A stretch of DNA of 64,000 nt from Bacteroidales bacterium (GTDB lineage: Bacteria; Bacteroidota; Bacteroidia; Bacteroidales; UBA3663). Under the pieces are notes generated by a model. It was not told where the DNA came from and did not search any database. It saw nothing but the letters and a program-made list of their open reading frames with translations. The stretch lies in contig JAZQOF010000036.1 of NCBI GenBank assembly GCA_045627785.1, positions 21,171 through 85,170 of the forward strand, given 5' to 3'. Position 1 is the first letter of the stretch. Each line of letters opens with the position of its first letter. Shown one piece after another: positions 57,952 to 64,000 of the stretch. Both the position numbers and the translations under genes were made by a program.

Positions 57952-60650
57952 ATTGTTCGGAAGTTTTGTTCGGAAATATCTATCATCTTGATGCCTTCAG
58001 GAAGATTTAATGTCTTCGAAGCATCCATTCGTTGGTGATAATCTTTGAGGTCGTCGAGATCGTCAAACTTGCTGATTACAAGTACGGAATATCCTTCTGC
58101 CTGAATAATCTCAAGGTCGAAATCCTTGACGAGATAATTCTCGAAGTTGAATTTGGCAATCTCGAACAGAAGATCATTCTGAGAGATACTGTCAGGAGAA
58201 TAGGCAATGAGTAAAAGGTGTGGAATATCGACGTCATCGACAAGCTGGATTGTACTGTCTTCTGCCATTTCTTCGGCGGTCATCTCAAACGGATTCTTCC
58301 ACTTCATACCTTGTGTCGTCTCGCCTGTCTGTACGTGACGACCTTCATGTATTCCCTTAACCATCTGTCCGGCAAGAGGCGAAACGTCGCTGTTCGGATA
58401 GACAGCAGTGAGTTGTTCGAGTGCATCACTAAATGCCTTTGCATCACCTTCCTGCACGAAACTCAAAGCATGAAGGAATAGGAATTTAGGCATCAGTTTA
58501 CACAAAGGCCAATTCTCCTTAACCCATTCGTAGTTAGCGTGAACCTTTTCTGTTTCACTTGCAAGATAGTGCTTGTACGACTCGATATACATAGAGTCCT
58601 GAGCAATCTCCATGTGTCGCAAAGTCTCGATGTAGTTCGGATCTTTGAGTGCAACTGCATAAGCCGATTGAGGGAAAGCATTCATCAGCTTCTGGCGATA
58701 AATCTCCGCTTTCGAAGGCTGTCCCATACGCATATACATTAAATATATAGAGTAATAGTAATCGATGCGATGAGAAGATTCCGGGTAACGTTGATCGAGA
58801 TTCTCGAACGTCGTAATGGAAACAGGGAAGTTCTCCAGTTTCTCATTAATGATATTACCCATATTGAAAAGGCCTTCTTCGATCAAGCTGTTCGAGTTTT
58901 CCTTAGCCTCGTCGCTGAAAGGAATCTGTGCGAGATAATATGCTTTCTCATGAGGATCGGTTGACTTTTGAAGATCCTCTTCCTGCTTTTTCTTGGATGG
59001 AGGAATTGAATCGGTCGCGTTCACTTCTGTCTTGTCTGATGATTCCTCGTTATCAGATAGCTCGTCGTCTGCTTGTTCTTCTGCCAGATAAGTTTCTGTC
59101 TTATTCTTTCTTCTCCAGTTGTCTTCCGGCTTACGAGCACCCCAAATGCGCTGGAACTCAGTCTTTCCGGCATTTACAACCGCTTTGTTGTAGAAATACC
59201 ATGAGTCGTCTTTCTGTCCGACTATTGGTTGTGCTGTGGATTGTTGAAGCGGATCTGTATTCAGCGATGCTTTCTCTGAATATTCGGCAAGTCTTTCTTT
59301 GTCTTCTGCTTCTTTCTCTGCCTTAATGAGATCTTTGATGATCTTCTCGATTGTCTTGTCGAGTTCTTTCTCAGGCAAAGAGGCAAGATGAAGCAGGCTG
59401 TCCTGAAGCTGAACCGTCTCGGCGTGAGTCTGCAATTCGTCGAGCACACTTGAAAGTCGTTCTATCTCAGCATAATTAGGATAGTCTTTCTGGATGATGC
59501 TCATTGCAGTCGAATATGCCTTTTGAGCCTTGACATAATCTGCTTGGGCAAAAGTCACTTCTCCCAAACGAAGAGCCGCAATAGCTTTGTCCATTCCGTT
59601 TCGGGTGCTTTTCTCCAAGGCAAGTTCGTATTGAGCGATGGCTTTTGCTGTGTCTTTCCGTTGCAGTGCAACGTTGCCCAACGCATAGTATATCTGGTCA
59701 AGATATTCGTTATTGCGCTTCTGTCGGCGATAAGAATTCAGTTTGTTTTCAATCTTCTTAAGGTCGGAAGAAGGCATCACACGAGTTTGTGAAATGCGCG
59801 CATTGAACTGAGTCTTGTAGTTGCTTGCACTTCCAATTACCTTTCCATAAGCTTTGTATGCTTCTGCGAGATTTCCATCTTGTTCATAGAGTTGGGCAAT
59901 CAGGAATTGTGTTCGTGTTTTCTGTTCTTTGGTCAGCCAAGCGTTTTTGGCAACGAGCAGATTCCTGATTATCTCTTTCTTGTCGCCATCTTTTGCCATT
60001 AGGATTTCAGCTTGAGCCAACGCATATTCATATTTGAGCTGAGATTTCAGCGAAGAAGGATCTATGACGCGGGAAAGAGTTGCTTCTGCATCGAAATAAT
60101 AACCTTGTACGGCAAAGCAACGAGCCGACCAGATGTGACATTCTGCTACCGTTTGCGGCAACCAATAGAAATGTCTTGCAGTATATGAAAACGTAGCTTG
60201 AGCACCGTCAAAGTCGCCTTTGTAGAACATTGCCTTTCCACTCAATACCCATGAATGATGGATGTAAGGATTCCATTCTCCATGATTCAGCCATTCCTTG
60301 TATTCCTTCGATTTCGTCTGCTTGCGCTTAGGTTTATCGGAGATGCTTTTTGTTTGCAGTGCCTTTTTACATTTGTCTATTGCTCTGTCTAATGAGGCAT
60401 TCGCATCTGGCTGTTCCTGTCCGACGAATTTGTAAACAGGATGCAGGATAAGTTGCCGCGAATAGTCGTCTTCGAAGTTCTGCTCGATGTAGGAAAGCCC
60501 TTCTTTGTATGCTTCCTCACCATTAAAGTGAATGTTGTATTTTGTGGTCAATCCCGACATTCCTCTGTTCATAGCCGTATTGCTCTTGCAAGCCGATAAG
60601 ATTGCAAAAGCAACAAGTATGGAAGTATAGTATGTCAGAATCTTTCTCAA
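57912..60650 (-). CDS. TPR-repeat lipoprotein (912 aa)
   Basis: Lipobox AILSAC and many TPR-like repeats. Its 3' end overlaps porX by 40 nt. Confidence 0.7.
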   Translation of the reverse strand: MRKILTYYTSILVAFAILSACKSNTAMNRGMSGLTTKYNIHFNGEEAYKEGLSYIEQNFEDDYSRQLILHPVYKFVGQEQPDANASLDRAIDKCKKALQTKSISDKPKRKQTKSKEYKEWLNHGEWNPYIHHSWVLSGKAMFYKGDFDGAQATFSYTARHFYWLPQTVAECHIWSARCFAVQGYYFDAEATLSRVIDPSSLKSQLKYEYALAQAEILMAKDGDKKEIIRNLLVAKNAWLTKEQKTRTQFLIAQLYEQDGNLAEAYKAYGKVIGSASNYKTQFNARISQTRVMPSSDLKKIENKLNSYRRQKRNNEYLDQIYYALGNVALQRKDTAKAIAQYELALEKSTRNGMDKAIAALRLGEVTFAQADYVKAQKAYSTAMSIIQKDYPNYAEIERLSSVLDELQTHAETVQLQDSLLHLASLPEKELDKTIEKIIKDLIKAEKEAEDKERLAEYSEKASLNTDPLQQSTAQPIVGQKDDSWYFYNKAVVNAGKTEFQRIWGARKPEDNWRRKNKTETYLAEEQADDELSDNEESSDKTEVNATDSIPPSKKKQEEDLQKSTDPHEKAYYLAQIPFSDEAKENSNSLIEEGLFNMGNIINEKLENFPVSITTFENLDQRYPESSHRIDYYYSIYLMYMRMGQPSKAEIYRQKLMNAFPQSAYAVALKDPNYIETLRHMEIAQDSMYIESYKHYLASETEKVHANYEWVKENWPLCKLMPKFLFLHALSFVQEGDAKAFSDALEQLTAVYPNSDVSPLAGQMVKGIHEGRHVQTGETTQGMKWKNPFEMTAEEMAEDSTIQLVDDVDIPHLLLIAYSPDSISQNDLLFEIAKFNFENYLVKDFDLEIIQAEGYSVLVISKFDDLDDLKDYHQRMDASKTLNLPEGIKMIDISEQNFRTICNSSGLTTKLIY

Positions 60651-60652
60651 AA

Positions 60653-61138
60653 CTAATGCTTTACTTTGTCATTACTATGATCGCCCGACGAAGCAGGTTG
60701 GAATCGACGTTCGCGAACGACAAGCAGCACTTCGTCTTTGAGTTGGTCAGGCAATTCGATATTACGAAGCTGCAACGAACGAACCCATCCGGCAACTTCC
60801 ACCTCTTTCAGTTCGTAGAAGACAGTTGCGAAATCCTCAGTTTCTTCGTCTGTGTATTCGTCTGATTGTCTGCCTTTGTATTCGTCGAGTTCTTCGTCAT
60901 CATAATAGATGATATCTTTTGAAACGGCAGCAAGAAGCGAATCTCTTTCGCATGTGGCATGTTGTCCGCAACATTCGTCTGGAACTTCCTTTGTCACTTC
61001 AAAAGGCGAAGTCTCATCAGGTTTTGCTGTTCCGTTCTCAACTCTTTTCTCGTAGCGTTTATGTCCGATCAAAGAAAGTCCAAAGACGAGCAGAACGAGG
61101 CAGATGAGCGAAACTGCAAGATATAAAAAAATCAACAT
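60653..61138 (-). CDS. Hypothetical membrane-anchored acidic protein with an ECCGQHATCE motif
   Basis: N-terminal TM helix and an acidic C-terminal half. It is packed tightly between aroA and the TPR gene. Confidence 0.55.
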   Translation of the reverse strand: MLIFLYLAVSLICLVLLVFGLSLIGHKRYEKRVENGTAKPDETSPFEVTKEVPDECCGQHATCERDSLLAAVSKDIIYYDDEELDEYKGRQSDEYTDEETEDFATVFYELKEVEVAGWVRSLQLRNIELPDQLKDEVLLVVRERRFQPASSGDHSNDKVKH

Positions 61139-62452
61139 TTACTTAACTTTATTAATGATATATCCGATAGCTTTCATGTCGTTCCAGAACGAAGGATATG
61201 ACTTGCTAACAACCTCAGGTTCATTGATCTTGATACTGCAAGCTTCGTTACAAAGAGAAGCAAACGCCATAGCCATTCTATGATCCTTGTATGTCGCAAT
61301 AGGTCCGAAGGTTTGTGTCTCAGCCAATTGTATTGCTACTTCATCGTCGATTGCAGTATATCCGTCCCAATACATCCGATCGTTGTCGGAATCTTCGACT
61401 ATGTATCCAAGGTTCGCGAGTTCGTTTTCAAGTGCGGCAATGCGATCTGTTTCCTTGATGCGCAAAGTGTGAAGACCTTTGATGTCGAACGGCACTCCAA
61501 GCCAACAGAGAGTACAGATCATTGTCTGTGCGAGATCCGGCTGACTCGACATGTCCCATTCAACCTGTTCCGGCAACGGACGATTGCTTCTTTTAATCAG
61601 AACGCCTTCAGCACAAGGTTCTGTGTCGATGCCAAGTTCGTGGAAATAATCTGCCACATGCATGTCACCTTGTGTGCTGTCCAATCGCAATCCTTTAAGT
61701 CGGATCGAATGAAGCTTGGGAGTTGTTGCAAGTACTTCATACCAATAACTTGCTGCGCTCCAATCAGATTCCACAGAATAAGGAATGTTCTTATAATGCG
61801 ATGGCGCGATCTTTATTATGCAATCGTCAAAAGCGGAAGAAACGCCGAATTCCTGCATCATCGAGAGAGTCATCCTGATGTAAGGAACAGAAGTGACATT
61901 GCCAAGAAGATGCAGTTCGAGACCTTGCTGCAGAGTAGGAGCAATCATCAGAAGAGCAGAGATGTATTGTGAAGAAATGCTTCCGTCAATCTCGAGTTTT
62001 CCGCCTTTGAGTTTCTTGCCGTTGATGCGAAGTGGAGGAAAGCCTTCGTTGTCGACATATTCAACATCAGCGCCAAGCTTACGCAAAGCATCGACCAGAA
62101 CAGAAATCGGGCGCTGACGCATTCTCTCGCTTCCTGTCATTATCACTTTCGCACCTTCCTGTGCAGCAAAATATGCTGTGAGAAAGCGCATTGAAGTGCC
62201 AGCCGCGCCTATGTCGACGATTCGATAATCTCCGTCGAAGACATAAGAATCCTTATCTTTGCTATGAGCTGCCAACATCACCTTTGTGTCGTCGCAATCA
62301 GAAATGTGAGACAATTCGCAGTCACCTTCATTGCTGTTGTCGCTTTCACAAAGTCCTTTCAGGATCAAAGCTCTGTTCGAAAGGCTTTTGCTTGCTGGCA
62401 GGTCGATCAGAATATTGTCGCGAAGTTGCTTTTTGGATACTTTATAAACCAC
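61139..62452 (-). CDS. aroA: 3-phosphoshikimate 1-carboxyvinyltransferase (EPSP synthase)
   Basis: LPASKSLSNRALIL, GAAGTSMRFL and ...DHRMAMAF. Apparent GTG start. Confidence 0.93.
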   Translation of the reverse strand: MVYKVSKKQLRDNILIDLPASKSLSNRALILKGLCESDNSNEGDCELSHISDCDDTKVMLAAHSKDKDSYVFDGDYRIVDIGAAGTSMRFLTAYFAAQEGAKVIMTGSERMRQRPISVLVDALRKLGADVEYVDNEGFPPLRINGKKLKGGKLEIDGSISSQYISALLMIAPTLQQGLELHLLGNVTSVPYIRMTLSMMQEFGVSSAFDDCIIKIAPSHYKNIPYSVESDWSAASYWYEVLATTPKLHSIRLKGLRLDSTQGDMHVADYFHELGIDTEPCAEGVLIKRSNRPLPEQVEWDMSSQPDLAQTMICTLCWLGVPFDIKGLHTLRIKETDRIAALENELANLGYIVEDSDNDRMYWDGYTAIDDEVAIQLAETQTFGPIATYKDHRMAMAFASLCNEACSIKINEPEVVSKSYPSFWNDMKAIGYIINKVK

Positions 62453-62540
62453 TTAATGAATTACAAATTAAAAGTTAAAAGTTAAAAAATTAATTGTTTC
62501 TTGACAAATAAAAAACTTGTCAAAATCTAATTATTAACAT

Positions 62541-63761
62541 TTATTGTTCTGCAACGATCTTACAGATGTTTACAACTGTCATCATTGCCTTCTCCAAGCT
62601 TTGGATTGGCACATACTCAAATCTGCCGTGCATGTTCATGCCGCCAGCGAAGATGTTTGGACAAGGAAGACCTTTGAATGAAAGCTGAGCACCGTCTGTT
62701 CCGCCTCTGATCGGCTGAACCTTTGGAGTAACGCCAGCATCGAGCATTGCTTTCTTTGCAATGTCGATTACTTGCATGCAAGGTTCGATCTTCTCAAGCA
62801 TATTGTAGTATTGATCTTTGATTACGCATTCGCAGCAACCTGGATTCTTCTCGTTGAACTGATCGGCAAGATTCTGAATTGTTGCCTTACGAAGTTCGAA
62901 GATCTCACGATTGTGATCACGGATGATGTAAGCAAGATGAGCCGATTCGACGCTTCCATCCATTGCGATAAGATGATAGAAACCTTCATAGCCTTCAGTA
63001 TTCTCCGGACGTTCCTCACTTGGAAGAGTTGCAGCGAATTCCGTAGCAAGGATTGCGGCATTGATCATCTTGTCTTTTGCTGTGCCTGGATGAACATTCA
63101 CACCCTTGAAAGTGAGTTTAGCTGAAGCAGCATTGAAGTTCTCGTATTCGAGTTCGCCAACTTCGCCACCATCCATTGTGTAACCCCATTCGCAACCAAA
63201 GAGTTCGACATTAAACTTGTGAGCGCCAAGTCCGATTTCCTCATCCGGATTGAAACCAACGCGAATCTTGCCGTGCTTGATTTCAGGATGAGCCATCAGA
63301 TATTCCATAGCAGTGATGATTTCAGCAATACCTGCTTTGTCGTCAGCGCCAAGAAGAGTTGTTCCGTCTGTCACGATTATATCTTCGCCCTTGTGGTTGA
63401 GAATCTCTGGATAATAGGAAGTTGTCAATACGATATTCTCTTTCTCGTTGAGCACAATATCCTTGCCGTCATAGTTTTCGACAATGCGAGGTTTCACATT
63501 CTTGCCCGATGCATCAGGCGCAGTATCCATGTGAGCAATGAATCCGATTGTAGGAATTGGCTTGTCTGTGTTTGCAGGAAGAGTAGCATAGACATAGCCA
63601 TACTCATCAAGAACAACATCGGCAAGGCCAATGCTCTCCAATTCGTCGCGAAGCTGTTTCGCGAACACCATTTGGGTTGGAGTACTTGGAGTTACCTCAG
63701 AATTTTCATTACTTGTTGTCTCTACTTTGACGTAAGAAAGAAATCTGTCAACTAAATTCAT
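62541..63761 (-). CDS. pepT: Peptidase T (tripeptide aminopeptidase, M20B)
   Basis: [15 protein letters not shown]...[12 protein letters not shown]...NPDEEIG...GGTDG. A minus-strand -7 box lies at 63806..63813. Confidence 0.94.
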   Translation of the reverse strand: MNLVDRFLSYVKVETTSNENSEVTPSTPTQMVFAKQLRDELESIGLADVVLDEYGYVYATLPANTDKPIPTIGFIAHMDTAPDASGKNVKPRIVENYDGKDIVLNEKENIVLTTSYYPEILNHKGEDIIVTDGTTLLGADDKAGIAEIITAMEYLMAHPEIKHGKIRVGFNPDEEIGLGAHKFNVELFGCEWGYTMDGGEVGELEYENFNAASAKLTFKGVNVHPGTAKDKMINAAILATEFAATLPSEERPENTEGYEGFYHLIAMDGSVESAHLAYIIRDHNREIFELRKATIQNLADQFNEKNPGCCECVIKDQYYNMLEKIEPCMQVIDIAKKAMLDAGVTPKVQPIRGGTDGAQLSFKGLPCPNIFAGGMNMHGRFEYVPIQSLEKAMMTVVNICKIVAEQ

Positions 63762-63828
63762 ATATTTTTGTGTTTAATTGTTTTTTTGCTTATATTTGCA
63801 GCAAACAAAGATACACGATTTTTTTGAT

Positions 63829-64000
63829 ATGGCAAAGAAAAAAACACTTAATCGGAAGAATTTAATAGCTATTTTAGCTATTTTGGTTTGTGTTTGGGCT
63901 ATTAATGACCATTTCTCAAGTGAAGAAACTATAGAAGAAGCACCTGAAATCAAGGAATTGACGTCGCCAACGTATGCTGAAAACGTAGAAGGAAACAATT
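63829..64000 (+). CDS. Partial CDS: membrane-anchored hypothetical protein (runs off the window)
   Basis: ATG at 63829 preceded by the -7 box TATATTTG at 63791..63798. It encodes MAKKKTLNRKNLIAILAILVCVWAI..., a TM anchor. It is preferred over the antisense 74-aa ORF at 63774..63998. Confidence 0.5.
   Translation, partial: MAKKKTLNRKNLIAILAILVCVWAINDHFSSEETIEEAPEIKELTSPTYAENVEGNN

Noticed and set aside
63774-63998. A 74-aa minus-strand ORF at the window end.
   Set aside because: It has no promoter box. The opposite strand has a consensus -7 box followed by an ATG and a plausible TM-anchored N-terminus, so the plus-strand partial CDS is preferred.
1-64000. tRNA, rRNA, tmRNA, integrase, prophage or conjugative-element genes.
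   Set aside because: No cloverleaf-like conserved tRNA arms, rRNA-like segments or recombinase motifs were recognised anywhere in the window. The only mobility-related gene is the Rpn-family gene at 49558..50604.

Overview
This is a chromosomal window from a Bacteroidota genome that looks Prevotella/Bacteroidales-like. The assignment rests on a SusC/SusD pair with a hybrid two-component regulator, a PorX-type regulator, a GH26 enzyme with a T9SS C-terminal sorting tail, and TAnnTTTG -7 promoter boxes in front of most genes. Most of the window is core housekeeping: der, glyQS, rplS, gpmI, xth, exbB/exbD/tonB, nadK, typA, ndk, aroA, pepT, tcdA, tatA, an lptF/G-family permease and a Ca-type P-type ATPase.

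The accessory part is a visibly AT-richer island at about 38.3-50.7 kb, between nadK and the lptF/G-family gene. It holds:
- decayed RhuM/DinD-like gene remnants;
- a complete type II-C CRISPR-Cas locus: a minus-strand tracrRNA upstream of cas9, then cas9-cas1-cas2 and an array of 17 repeats and 16 spacers;
- a self-contained cassette of two paralogous HTH/Cys-motif genes sitting between the last full repeat and a degenerate orphan repeat;
- a frameshifted DUF1016 nuclease pseudogene;
- three poorly characterised genes (a Zn-ribbon protein, an EEP-family nuclease/phosphatase and an unknown 181-aa protein);
- an Rpn-family PD-(D/E)XK nuclease/transposase gene.

The observations most worth following up:
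1. Every CRISPR repeat, read in crRNA sense, contains a full Bacteroidetes -33/-7 promoter.
2. The array has two repeat alleles, and the tracrRNA anti-repeat matches the cas-distal allele best.
3. The HTH gene cassette occupies a spacer position in the array.
4. A strong terminator separates cas9 from cas1-cas2.
5. A 94-nt GC-rich palindromic intergenic repeat is present twice, about 34 kb apart.
6. An AT-only motif (TTAAAAGTTAAAAATTAAAA) recurs in several 5' leaders.

No tRNA, rRNA, integrase or prophage was recognised. All coordinates and homology calls come from reading the sequence by eye. No database search was run.
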